64,000 nt of DNA from Azolla caroliniana (lineage: Eukaryota; Plantae; Polypodiophyta), in the NCBI GenBank assembly GCA_043228905.1, contig JBHGNT010000017.1, positions 10,416,001-10,480,000 on the forward strand, given 5' to 3'. Within the stretch, counting starts at the first letter, position 1; every line of letters begins with the position of its first letter. The notes under the pieces are model-generated. The model did no database searches and was not told the origin of the DNA. It saw only the letters and a program-made list of their open reading frames with translations. This document shows, piece by piece, positions 33,103-45,600 of this stretch. The position numbers were made by a program, and so were the translations under genes.

Positions 33103-35223
33103 ATGAGTGGCAGGAGGCAGAAATTTCAAGAAATCGCTTCTCTTGTGGCCCTTCTCAAAGACTGTGCAAAGGAAAAAGATCTAGCCAAGGGCTACACAAC
33201 ACATGCGTCTATTGTTGCAGAGCGGGGTTCCCAGCTTCAAGAAGACACCTGCATTGCAAACACCTTAATCAGTCTTTATGTAAAGTGTGATGCTCTTGCA
33301 AGTGCACAGAAGGTGTTTGACCAACTCCACATCCGAAATGTGGTCTCTTGGAATGCACTCATCATGGGTTATGCCCAACATGGCAACGTCCAGAGAGCTT
33401 TGCACTGCTTCAAATGCATGAAGCATGAGGGCATGGCCCCAGATGAGGTAACCTTTCTCGGCATCTTAAAAGTCTGTGATACCATGTTCCATGAAATTGG
33501 GTCAAAGAGCAAAGAAATACATATAGAGATTGTGAGTGGGAGACTATTGGAAAGAAATGTTTTGGTTGGTTCTGCATTGATAGATATGTATGCGAAATGT
33601 GGGAAACTTATAATGGCGCACGAGGTGTTTGATCAGGTTTGGGTTCGGAATGTAGTGTCTTGGAATGCACTTATGGTAGGATATGCTCATTATGGGCAGG
33701 GGGAAAAAGTGTTGGACTGCTTTGAAGTGATGCGGGTTGAGGGTCTCTCTCCAGATGCAGTCACATTTGTTTGCATCCTGAAAGCTTGTGGTAGCATCAA
33801 ATCAACTGTCAAGGGAAAAGAAACACATGCTGAGATACAAAGGAACGGACTTCTGGAAAGAAATGTATTGATTGGCAATGCGTTGGTCGATATGTATGCC
33901 AAGTGTGGTCTTCTTACAGAGGCTCAGGATGTGTTTGAACTCCTTCCCATCCGTAATATAGTCTCATGGAGTACATTAATTGCAGGGTATGCTGAACATG
34001 GCTATCCTGAAAAGTCATTGCATTGGTTTGAAGTGATGAAAGTGGAGGGTTTCACTCCAAACCCAGTCGCATTCATTTGCATCTTGAAAGCTTGCGGAAG
34101 CATAGCATCAGCTGAGAAGGGTGAGAAAATACATGCAGAGGTTATTATGCAAGGTTTGGTGGGAACAGATGATTTGATTGGCAATGCTTTGCTCAACATG
34201 TATGCAAAATGTGGTGCGATTTTAAAAGCACAAGAAGTCTTTGACCAACTTCATGCCCATGACGTAATTTGTTGGACCACCCTAATCTCAGGATACACTC
34301 AACTTGGGTTTAGTGAGGAAGCACTGAATTGTTTTGAAAGAATGAAACATGAGGGTCTTTCTCCAAATTCAGCCACCTTCATTTACACCTTGAAAGCCTG
34401 TAGCAATATAAGAGCAGCTGGAAAGGGTAGAGAAATACATGCAGAGATTGTCAGAGAGGGTCTCTTTAAGGGAGACACTTTACTTGGTACAGCAGTCATG
34501 GATATGTATGCCAAATGTGGTGCACTAGTCCAAGCACGGCAAACATTTGACCAGCTCGAAATACAGGATTTAATATCATGGAATATCCTTATTGCAGGAT
34601 ATGCTGAAGAGGGTGATAGTGAGGAAGCGCTGAATTGTTTTAAGCAAATGCGGAGTGAGTGTATATTTCCAAATGCAGCCACGTTCATTTGTGCTTTGAA
34701 AGCTTGTGGCATCATTGGAGCATCCAAGAAGGCCAAAGAAATCCATGTTGAGATAATGGGAGAACGTTTCTTGGAAAGAGATATATCTGTTGGCAATGCG
34801 TTGCTAGATATATATGCTAAGTGTGCTGAACCTTTTGAAGCACATGCAGTATTCAAGCAGCTTCCTCTTCGTGATCTGATCTCATGGACTGCACTTATGG
34901 CAGCATATTGTCAGATTGGGGAGGATGATGTGGTGGTCAATCTATTTGATAAACTGATTGAAGATGGTATAGAACCAGATGTAGTCACATTTACAGTTGT
35001 CCTAAATGCATGTAGTCACTCAGGCCTCTTAGAGAAAGGTGAAGGTTATTTCGAGGTAATGTGCACACGCTATTGCATCACCCCGACAATAGAACATTAT
35101 ACTTGCATGATAGATCTGTTCAGCCGAGCTGGCCATTTCTGCAAGGCTGTAGCAATGATCCAACAAATACCTAGCAATGATCATCTTCCAGCGTGGACTG
35201 CTCTCTTAGCTAGGTGCTTGTAA
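33103..35223 (+). CDS. PLS-class pentatricopeptide repeat protein, intronless, truncated at the start of the E domain (possibly a pseudogene)
   Basis: Repeating triplets xxGNALxDMYAKCG...A..VFD / RNVVSWNALI.GYA / PDAVTF.CILKACG, ending with the P2-L2-S2 motifs NACSHSGL and HYTCMIDLFSRAG. First ATG at 33103; an in-frame upstream ATG at 32932 is cut off by a TGA. Confidence 0.9.
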   Translation: MSGRRQKFQEIASLVALLKDCAKEKDLAKGYTTHASIVAERGSQLQEDTCIANTLISLYVKCDALASAQKVFDQLHIRNVVSWNALIMGYAQHGNVQRALHCFKCMKHEGMAPDEVTFLGILKVCDTMFHEIGSKSKEIHIEIVSGRLLERNVLVGSALIDMYAKCGKLIMAHEVFDQVWVRNVVSWNALMVGYAHYGQGEKVLDCFEVMRVEGLSPDAVTFVCILKACGSIKSTVKGKETHAEIQRNGLLERNVLIGNALVDMYAKCGLLTEAQDVFELLPIRNIVSWSTLIAGYAEHGYPEKSLHWFEVMKVEGFTPNPVAFICILKACGSIASAEKGEKIHAEVIMQGLVGTDDLIGNALLNMYAKCGAILKAQEVFDQLHAHDVICWTTLISGYTQLGFSEEALNCFERMKHEGLSPNSATFIYTLKACSNIRAAGKGREIHAEIVREGLFKGDTLLGTAVMDMYAKCGALVQARQTFDQLEIQDLISWNILIAGYAEEGDSEEALNCFKQMRSECIFPNAATFICALKACGIIGASKKAKEIHVEIMGERFLERDISVGNALLDIYAKCAEPFEAHAVFKQLPLRDLISWTALMAAYCQIGEDDVVVNLFDKLIEDGIEPDVVTFTVVLNACSHSGLLEKGEGYFEVMCTRYCITPTIEHYTCMIDLFSRAGHFCKAVAMIQQIPSNDHLPAWTALLARCL

Positions 35224-36029
35224 AACATGGGGAAATATGAAGCTTGCAAGATTGGTGTTAACATGTATTTCTGGATAAAAAACACTTTGTGGCTTAAATC
35301 AATGCGAGGAACATGTATGATGTAGATGGGCATATCAATGTGCATAGCAATGGGCATAGTGATGTGTTTTCCCATCGCAGTGCCCCTATTCTATAGTAAT
35401 GTTAATAGTTTAATAAACATGAACAATCATGTTGCATTCAATTATGTTAATCTATGTCGAGGTTTGTAGGTTTGAGACCTAATTCAACAAAAAACATTTT
35501 AATGTAGCATCATTTTGCTACCCTATTTCTACGCCTAATGCTTGTCCATGCACGTGTGATGTGCACTTCGCGGCAACACATCAAGTCTTGGTTGATGCAT
35601 ATGCAATTTTTTCAAATGTTTGCACCTTTAGTAGACGATTTGATTCTTCTTAATGTAGTCTCACAGTAGATGCTACATTGAGTTACCTCATTGGCGTTGG
35701 CCTACACATCAATATATAGGTTTCATAATTTGCATGAGTACAGAAGACTTATTCAAAGAAAGAAAAATATGGGAAGTTATTCAATAATTTCTCCAAACAC
35801 AAGAAAATGTGAAGGGTAAACATTTTGAGGGTTACAGTGACATAACTCTTCTTGACTTGTCTATACATTGTAAGAATTTATAAGGGTTGTCTATTGTTAG
35901 AAAGGCAATGTGTCATGGTTCTCTTTTACATGTCTCCCTTCTTTACAATTGAAGATTTATGTATAGGACTTACGAGATTGGCCTCTAGAATGACAAGCAA
36001 TCTTTAATCCATAATACCTGAAATTCTCA

Positions 36030-36570
36030 AATGAACGGGAAAGGAAGGACATGCATGATTAAGTAATATGTTTAATCATGAATTGCAACATGATATGCCC
36101 TAGGATTGGACTACAGATTGGATCAAACCTTTATATAAAGGTGGAGATGTAAATATTGTAAACAACTATCAAACCATCATAGTCAGTTCATTAATTGGAA
36201 AATTATTTGGGTGTATAATGACATCAACGTATTTGTATGGGTTGGAAAACAAATGGTAACAACACTTATGGATAACCTAGCTTTGAAAAACACCATAGTG
36301 TTGTCTATCACATTGTCAACCTTCAAGCATTAATGGACGAAAGTCGCTTGAGAGGTAAGGATTTATATTGTTACTTCGTAAACTTCAAGAAAGCCTTGGA
36401 TAAGGTACCTCATAATCATTTTTGGAGGCAAATGGAAGAACTCGGGGTGCCACGTAAATAAATGTTTGCAATTTCCCAAATCTATGAGAAGGTTATATGT
36501 TGCGTATGGGTAATAGAATTTCAAATTTTTCAATAACACTATTGATGAACTAAGCAAGGACAGGGAATCG
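36030..36570 (+). mobile_element. LINE reverse transcriptase fragment (RTE-like)
   Basis: WTTDWIKPLYKGGDVNIVNNYQTI...LYCYFVNFKKALDKVPH...ELGVP, i.e. early RT motifs, with stops. Confidence 0.75.
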
Positions 36571-37362
36571 TACACATCGAGACAATATTCTTTGCCTAAA
36601 AAGGAAATTATACACATTGATACATGTTAGAGCCCCTCCTATTGTTAATCATCTGAACCATTGCTTCCATGTGACTTAGTACACACACACAAGTATAACT
36701 GTAATCGTAGTTATGGACTAATTTTTAAGGATGAACGGTGAAGACTAAGTTATCTCAATCTTACATTGGGAGATAACTTTAGAGCGTTTCAGTAGTTGAA
36801 TGTTTTTTTATCCAAAAAGCAACCTAGTGTGAAACACACAAGGGCCTAGGGTTTGAGCCTATATAAGAAGGCTAGATACCTTCACAAACGGGAATCTCTT
36901 TTCTTTATTATTTTGAGATAGAGACTTTGATAGTGTGGTAAAACTCTAGATTCACGCACTTGTGCCTCCTTCAACCCAAGGTATGAACCATGTCCATACA
37001 CGGTGGTATGGGACACCAATGTCATGAAGTTACGTGCATCCATGTGAATTAGAGTGGGATCACCAATGTCGTGATGTGGGGAGCACATGGGAGGAAATAA
37101 GTTGAAATCAAAATATTTGAAAGGTTCATTGATAAATTGACGGTGTGATAAAAAAGACATATTTTGAGTTAGAGTTCAATACAACAAATTAAAAATTATC
37201 AAGGGTCAAAATAGAGAAAAGTTGAGCACGTAAGTGGGAAAGAAAGTCGCACACGTACACTGGTAACTTCAGGACACTGGGGACTTGATTCAAAGAGAAT
37301 GGGTTGACTCAAGTCTTTTAAGTTCAGAGTGCTTAGGGATGTTGATGTTCACATTGACATCC

Positions 37363-39212
37363 TGTTGAGAAGCAAGCTCAACATGGGCCAGATTAGTTAA
37401 ACAAGTCGAGAGCCGGTAGGCTGTTGGAGGCCTACAATCCTAGCTTAGTAGATAGACATATTTTTAGGAGTTCGTGTCAGTCACTCAGTTATGAGCATTG
37501 AAGTACATGTCAGTAATTTTGTTAGTCCTTTTAAGGACTTCTATAAAAATGCTCATAGAGCACAATTGTATGTACAGATAGAGTATTATTTTGAAATTGA
37601 GTTTTAGTGTTCTGCTGTCTTTGTCTCTCTCCCGAGTTTTGTCCACGTGTTCTCTGAGTTTTCCATTAATCCTTGAATCTTTTTGTTGCTATCCGATAGA
37701 ACCGGTTGTGTCTGTTAGCTTCTACACGCTACTCATTACATGGTACCAGAGCGCGCGGGTTGAGAATCCTCTGCAGGTGCCGACAAACGCTCAAACATAG
37801 ACAAACCCTAACACCCAATTGAGAATAGAAAATGGACAGAGGAATGGCTTGCTCGCTTCTGAAGGAATAGCTCGACAAGAGAAACTATGCATCCTGGTCT
37901 TACAAGATGCACTCGTATCTTCTTGGACACGGATACTGGAGTTACGTGGAAGGACTGAACGAAGTAGCGCCATCTTCGGCACACAAGGATTTCCCAGCTT
38001 GGGAACAAGGAGCGAGCAGAGTTCTCTAGTGCCTTGCATCTTGTGTACACGACCAGATATTGGGCTACATTTGGGATGCAAAAACGTCGAAGGAGGCCTG
38101 GGAAAATCTGAAAAAGATTTTTGCCGCAAGTACCACGACTCGAAAGTTACAGCTTCGGCAAGAGCTCAACAATATCTGACAAAGGGATATGTTGGTGACC
38201 GACTACACCACCAAAATAAAGGAGATCTTCGATGCCTGGGGATTCATCAATGTGATGGTGGAGGAGGACAAGATGGTACAAATCTGCCTCGGTGGTCTAG
38301 CGTAGAGGTACGGGCTGATCCGGACGGTTATTTTCACACGGGAGAAACCACCATCATTCTTTGACTTGTAATTGATGCTTTTGGTCAAAGAAAACCACCA
38401 ACAGCCAAATGTTGTACATGGAGGCGGATCATCCCCGTGGGCACGCATGATGAGGTGGTTCGGCACGCAATGGTGGCGACAGACAATATCAAAATAATAG
38501 GCATAATCGACATGCCGACAAAAGTTCCTAACCCTCCACAAGCAGGGGGAGTCAAGGCAATGCTGAAAATTGGCAAGGGAAAGCTGAGACAGAATGTTCG
38601 TAAGACAAATCCAGATTCGGGAAACCCGAACATGGATATCAGCAATGATCGCACTACGCTGAAGGATCGGAAGGATCTGGAACTGGAAAGGGCCCAAACT
38701 TTGTGATGAAGGACAAGGAAAATCCGATGAAGAAGAGCACCTCGAAACTGAACGCGGTGTGGTACGTAGACTTGGGAGCATCGAATCATGACAAACCACG
38801 AAGAGTTGTTCTCATACTTTGAGAAACCGGAACAATCAGGAGTCATCGAACTGGTGATGACACCTCGCATCCGATCGAACATATCCCCTTGAGTCATGTC
38901 AGATTGAAGGGGAGACTTATGAACGTATTGCATGTCCCAACAATAACGAAAAACTTGGTGTCGGTCGGACAGATCGTCGACCAAGGGATACAGGTCCGGT
39001 TCACCCACCTTGGGTGCTTCATCGAAGAAGAAGGCCAGATTATCTCGCAAGGGCGCTGGGGAGGGAGGGTGTTCATCCTTGACACAAATGACGTCTTCAC
39101 CGCATTGTTTTCTAAAGGACAAAAAGTTGATTCGGATATCGACTTGTGGCACAAGTGGATCGACCACATCAACTATCAGAGGCTTCATGAACTGCAAATG
39201 AAACAAGTTGTC
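37363..39212 (+). mobile_element. 5' part of a copia element (C2): LTR, PBS, degenerate gag-protease
   Basis: LTR 37363-37740; PBS TGGTACCAGAGCGCG at 37741; gag and protease homologous to C1 (NVLHVPTITKNL, DIDLWHK). Confidence 0.88.
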
Positions 39213-39675
39213 GGGTGTGGGATCTGGTCGACAGAAAGGTGTTCCGGAGTCGGGACATAGTCTTTATGAAAGACAAGACCATTACCGACTGGGCGTCGGA
39301 GAAGAAGGTAACGAACTCCGGATCATCCATTGAAAACCGGCTTGAGGACAAAAGGATATACCTGGTTGAAAACCGGATGTTGGCCGGTAACCGGATGACA
39401 CTCGACGAACCGGCCGGATACGGACAGGAAACCGAACCGACCAAAGAAGAAGAAGAAGAAGAAGAAGAAGAAGAAGAAGAAGAAGAAGAAGAAGAAGAAG
39501 ACACCGGAACCGGACATGATCCCGAATTGGATTCGGATTCGGAACAAATGGAGGAACCAACAGTCAGAAACCAAGGACAGAGATATCCTCTCCAGGAGAG
39601 AAGAGCCCCCCGAAGATTTCCAAATGCAGAGCATGTGTTGCTAACCGATGAGGGGGAGCTAGAAACCTTTGAATA
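39213..39675 (+). mobile_element. Fragment of a Tnt1/Tork-like copia (integrase-RT linker) with a (GAA)n expansion
   Basis: WDLVDRKVFRSRDIVF...RYPLQERRAPRRF...EHVLLTDEGE matches 44940-45300 and 45850-46220; about 18 GAA codons at 39446-39500. Confidence 0.88.
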
Positions 39676-42600
39676 AGGTTTCTAATAGGTGGTTCATGGT
39701 GCCGAAAAAGAATGGATCATTGTGATTCATCCAAGATCTTCAACCCGTCAACAAGGTGACAATTCGGAATGCTAGAATTGGTCAGAGTGTGGATGAATTC
39801 GCTGAAACATTCATGGGCAGGTTCATCTACTCCATTGGCAATCTCTACTCTCGATACGATCAATTCTAGTTGGTGATCGACAATCGTGACATTACAACCA
39901 TGAGGACTCCAATCGGGCTTGTGCGGATGTGTACCTTACCTCAAGGTGCAATGAACTCGGTGGTTCATATGGTGAATGCCATGAACGAGGTCTTGAAGGA
40001 TTGCATCCCAGGCATCACGATTCCATTCTTGGATGATATTCCGATAAAAGGATGTTTGGATGAGGAGAAGGATCAATCGAAAGATAAGGAAGGGTGTAGA
40101 AAGTTAGTCGTGGATCCCATGAAAGATTGCGAGAGGGTGCTTCAAAGGCTCGAAGATGCGAATTTGACATTCTTGGGAGAAAACTCTGCATTCGGGCAAC
40201 CAGAGATCTTGGTGGTAGGTCACTTGTGTGGAGCATACGGCCGGAAGCCTTCGCCATCCAAGGTGAATGCGATCCAGGACATGAAAGAAGAATGCGTAAC
40301 CCAAACGGAGGTTAGAAGGTTCCTTGGTGCATGCGCGTTTTATCATATCTGGATTCCGCACTACACTCATGTCGTCGAGCCATTATATGGATTGCTAAAG
40401 AAAAGAATGAAGTTCGAATGGTGAGACGATCATACAAATGCGATGCGAAGATTGAAGAAACTACTTCTTGAAGCTCCAGCACTAAGGAAGGCCGATTATA
40501 CCGAAGGGAAGCTGATTTATATGACTGTAGATATGAGCCCAACCGGAATCGGGTGGGTCATCAACCAAGAAGGAGAAGATAATGTGCGATATGCCATCCG
40601 GTTCGGAGCAAAGGTTCTCAGCGAACAACAACAAAGATACACCCAAGTCAAGTGAGAACTTTGGGGTATTGTATCTGCAATGAAGAAGGACAAAGACTAC
40701 CTGATCGGGTCGGAAGTGATAAATGAGACAGATTGTCTCCCAATCCTCGAGATGATCTTAGGATGTGCGACACCAAATGTAGCTATGCTAAGGTGGATTG
40801 CCTATATCAAGTCTTTAAACCCAGAGATCCGCCACATTGCAAGGAAGAAGAACGCCATGGCTTACATGTTGTCGAGGGCAAGATTTGAGAATGAAAGTGA
40901 CATGGTTTCGGAAGATGAAGACGTCACCTTTGACTTCTTCAAGATGGCCCGACTATTGGCGGAAGACAAGGATACGTTAACCCTCCACACCTTCAACGAG
41001 GACGAGTACGAAGGGGAGTGGTTACTGATCGACAGATTCTTAAGAACAATGATGACAGATGCTTCGTTGACAAAAGAGGAGGCTCTACGAATCCGGAAGA
41101 AAGCTTACCAATACTTCCTGAAGGGGGGATTCCTCTAGCAACACCCAAAAAGAAGGACAGGAATGTCACGTCGAGTGGTGGTGAAGAAAGAAGAGCAAGT
41201 GTGACGCTGATGATTGAATTCCATGAGAGTCCTTGGGCGGGTCATAGAGGAACATGAGCGACGTTCGAAAAGTTGAAGGAAAAGTATTGATGGCCAAGCA
41301 TGTACAAAGATGTACTCCATTTTGTGTTCACATGCGAAACTTGCCAAGTACATTCAAACATACATCATCGTGATGAGTTACGGCCAACATACCCGCTCAC
41401 TACACTTCAAATGGATGGTGGATTTGGTCTCGATGCTATGGGAATGGGACAAATGAAGTACTTAGTACTGTCAAGAGAAGACTTGACAAATCAAGTGGAA
41501 GGACGAGCCTTGGCAAATAAGACGACATCAGTTGTTTGCAAATTTCTACTCGAAGAGGTTGTCTACTGATACGGATGTGTGGGAAAGATAGTGGCCGATC
41601 AAGGGGAGTTGGATGCATGCGAATCAACGGAGCTCTTCGATCGACTAGGCGTCAAGCTCTCCCTCATGACTGCCTACAATCCAGAAGCAAATGGGAAGAT
41701 CGAGCGAGGGCATGAACCAATCGTCAAAGTCATTGTATGAACATGCAACGGTCGAGTCGGGAACTGGCCACGACTATTTCCCTATGCCTTGTGGGCTGAC
41801 AAAACTACACACAATTCAGTGACAGGATAAATGCCAACAGAGCTGATGTATGGACAGAAGCCGGTAATGCCCATCGAAAAGATGATCGCATCATGGGTAG
41901 TGATACCATTGGAGAACAAGATGAGCCGAGAAGAATTATTAGCAGCACGGATAAGGTAGCTTGAAAGAAGGCTTGAAGATGTAGAAAAAGTGCGAAAGAT
42001 GATGGAGGCAACCCGAGTGAAGAACAAGATTTGGTTCGATAAGACACATCGACTATGTCCCAAGAAGATCGAAGAGAGGATTGGGTATTGGTCTACGACA
42101 ACAACCTTGACAATCAACACAGGACAACAAGAAAGTTCGCAAGAAGATGGTTCATACCATATGTGGTGACAAGTGCCAACGACAATGCCACATACCACCT
42201 TGCGGAGCTAAACGAATCAAGGTTGGCCATACCCATTGCGGGAAAAAGAGTAAAGATTTTCAAGAAAAGACAAGACGAGGATCTTGACCTCGATCACCCC
42301 AACAATGAGGATATTATGATTGAACTTATAGACCTGAGTTATGTTGACGAATGGAGGAATCTGATTAATCACCATAGCTGAAACCTCAGACTCTCTCTTC
42401 TTGGCACGTACCGGAGGACATGCGGTTTGATGGGGGTGGATGCTCTGAGGATTTTCGGCAACGGTGTGAAAATTGCATGGAATGTACAAAATCGAGTGTG
42501 GTTTTTCACACACAATATGAACCAATAATAGTGAAGACATTATTTTATATTAGTTTAATATCTTGGATGTCTTCAAGAGTTTCCGAATGCATTTTACTAC

Positions 42601-42694
42601 ATGTGAAACGGACAACTAAGTGTCAAGTTATGTAAGTGTGAAGTTTGAGAAGAAGAAGGGGAAAACAAAATTATGAGATATCCCACATAGATAG
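39676..42694 (+). mobile_element. Ty3/gypsy family B pol (RT-RNase H-integrase) with PPT and start of the 3' LTR
   Basis: LPQGAMNS, PFLDDIPIKG, VDMSPTGIG, HESPWAGHRG, AYNPEANGKIERGH, RRWFIPY. GGGGGTGGA is followed by an LTR from about 42441 that is split by the Tork insertion and resumes at 53970. Confidence 0.88.
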
Positions 42695-45600
42695 TGACAG
42701 GAACTACACGCTCCCTATGAACAACACTCGGCCACAACCGAGCCTAGAATCAAAACACAGAAAACGGGTAATGAAACGCACGACACAATGGAGAGAAGAG
42801 TACACAGGATGTTAATGTGGAAAACCCAAACTAGGGGAAAAACCACGGCAACCCACAGACTGCAAACTATCACTATATAAGAATGTACAATAGTGGAGCA
42901 CCGAGGCAACGACCTCGAGCTTGCTATCTTCACCACAGGCGACGGTTATAACAGAGATACGAACTCTTCGTCTCTTTCTCTCTCTATCTGTACACTGTTA
43001 CGCTCTAATCTTGCGCCAACAAGAATGACAACAACCCCTCTACTAAGTTTGCCCTAAGTCATATTTATACTAATATGACTTTTTGGATATTTACAAATAT
43101 AGCCCCGATGGACTCTCAGAAACATATTTACGAATATGTCCCTTCATCCGGTGAGTACTCCTCACCGGGCCTGCATCATCCGGCGCTTGCCGGGCACATG
43201 ACATCCGGTTCTCACTGGGTCTTCTGTTGCCGGGTACTCCACATCCGGTTCTCACTAGGTCTTCACCATCCGGCTCTTGCCGGGTACTCGTCATCCGGTT
43301 CTTTTTACTTCCATTCGGAGGGACCTGTTTCCTAACAATCTCCCCCTTCACTCCGGCATGGGATGTCTTACTAGTCCAATCCGCTTTCGACATGCATCCA
43401 ACTTGTCGGGTATCAGTACTTTGGTTAGCATATCTGACCCGTTCTCAGTCGTGTGGATCTTCGTCAGCGCGAACTCCTGGTCATCTACTCTTTCTCGGAT
43501 CCAATGATACCTTCGCTGGATATGCTTCGTCTGGGAATGGTAGGCCGCATTCTTAGCAAGGTGGATGGCACTTTGATTGTCGCAATAGAGCCGATATTCA
43601 TCTTGTCGGATACCGAGCTCTCTGATGAAGTCCTTCATCCATAATATTTCCTTGCCGGCTTCCACAGCCGCCATGTACTCTGCCTCCGTGGTTGACAACG
43701 CAACCGTCTTCTGCAACCTCGACTGCCACGAAATAGCTCCCCCTGCATATGTCATTACATACCCGGATGTAGACCGGCTGGTATCCACATCAGCCGACAT
43801 GTCCGAATCGGCGAAACCGTCAAGTTGAGGTTTACCGGAGCCGAATCGGAGACACACATTCGAAGTGCCCTTCAGGTACCGGAGTATCCATTTGACCGCG
43901 TTCCAGTGCTCCTTGTCGGGATTGCTCATAAACCGGCTCACAACTCCGACTGCGTATCCTATATCCGGTCGGGTACACACCATTGCGTACATTAAGCTCC
44001 CGACGGTAGAGGCATATGAACCTTCATCATATCAGCCTTCTTTGCTTTCGTCTTCGGGCTTTGCTTACCGGATAATCTGTAGTTTGCCGGGAGTGTCGAT
44101 CCAACCGGTTTCGCTTCTAACATGTTGAACCGCTGAAGCACCTTTGTCACGTATTTCTCCTGTGACAGCCACAATTGCTTCTTTGACCGGTTCCGGATGA
44201 TGTGCATCCCTAACATCTGTCTTGCCGAACCCAAGTCTTTCATTGTGAAAGTTCGGTTGAGAGCCTTCTTTAGCATCCATATTTTGGCTTGGTCCCGTCC
44301 GACGATCAACATGTCGTCCACGTACAGAAGGAGTATCAGGAAGTCGCCTCCTTCGAACTTCTTCACAAACACACATTGGTCGGCCTGCATCTTGTGGTAC
44401 CCTTGATCTGTCATGAAGGAGTCGAACTTCCGGTACCATTTTTGGGGAGCCTGCTTCAGTCCGTATAGGCTCTTCTTCCACCGGCAAACCAGGTGCTCCT
44501 TCCCTTTCTCTACGAATCCTTCTGGTTGCTGCATGTAGATCTCCTCTTCGAGGTCACTGTGAAGGAATTCCGTCTTAACGTCTAGCTGCTCTACCTCGAC
44601 ATCCATGCTTGCCGCTATACTCAGCATCGTCTAGATGGAGGTCATCTTTACTACTGGGGCAAATATCTCGTTGAAGTTCATGCCCTTCTTCTGCTGGAAC
44701 CCCTTCACCACGATCCTGGCTTTGTATCTCGGGGGGTAGCCGGCATCTCCTGGTTTCAACTTGTACACCCACTTATTTCGGAGTGCCCACTTTTCTTTCG
44801 GCAACTCCACCAATTCGTACTTATGGTTCTCATGCAGGGAATCCATCTCATCCTGTATGGCACTTAACCATTTGCGGCTATGGGTGTCATCCTTCGCTTC
44901 TTCAAAGCTTTCTGGCTCTCCCTCATTGGTGAGCATCACATGCTCTAAATCCGGAAATCTTCAGGGGGGCCTTCTCTCTCTGAGAGGATATCTCTGTCTT
45001 TGGGCTTCAGTAACCGGCTCCTCCATTTTCTCTTCATCCGAATCCGATTCAGGGTCTTGGCCGGTTCCGGTTTCGGCTTCCTCTACTTCTTCTTCTGCCG
45101 GTTTGGTATCCTCATCGTAACCGGCTGGTTCCTCGAGTGTTAACCGGTCTCTTGCCGGTTGGGTCTGCTCATCGTAGAATCGATCCTTACCGGTCGACTT
45201 AGAGTTCATTATCTTCTTCTCTGACTCCCAGTCGGTGAGCGTCTTGTCGTCCATGAAGATAATATCTCGATTCCGGAGTACCTTCTTGTCGACTTGGTCC
45301 CACACTCGGTAGCCGAACTCATCGTCGCCGTAACCGAGGAATATGCATGGCCAAGTCTTCGGATCTAGTTTTCCTCTCCGGTCCTTAGCTACATGCACAT
45401 ACGCAAGACACCCGAACACCTTCAGATGCCGGTAGGACACTTCCTTACCGGTCCAGACTCTCTGTGGCGTGTCTCCGTCCAAGGGTACTGAGGGTGATCT
45501 GTTTATCACATATGTCGCCATCGACAATGCGTCAGCCCAAAACTTCTTGGGTAGTTTTGCATGCGCCAGTATACTCCGGACCCTCTCCATTATGGTCCGG

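Noticed and set aside
36625-36985. Possible solo LTR (TGTTAG start, TATATAAG)
   Set aside because: No clear CA end, TSD or second copy in the window.
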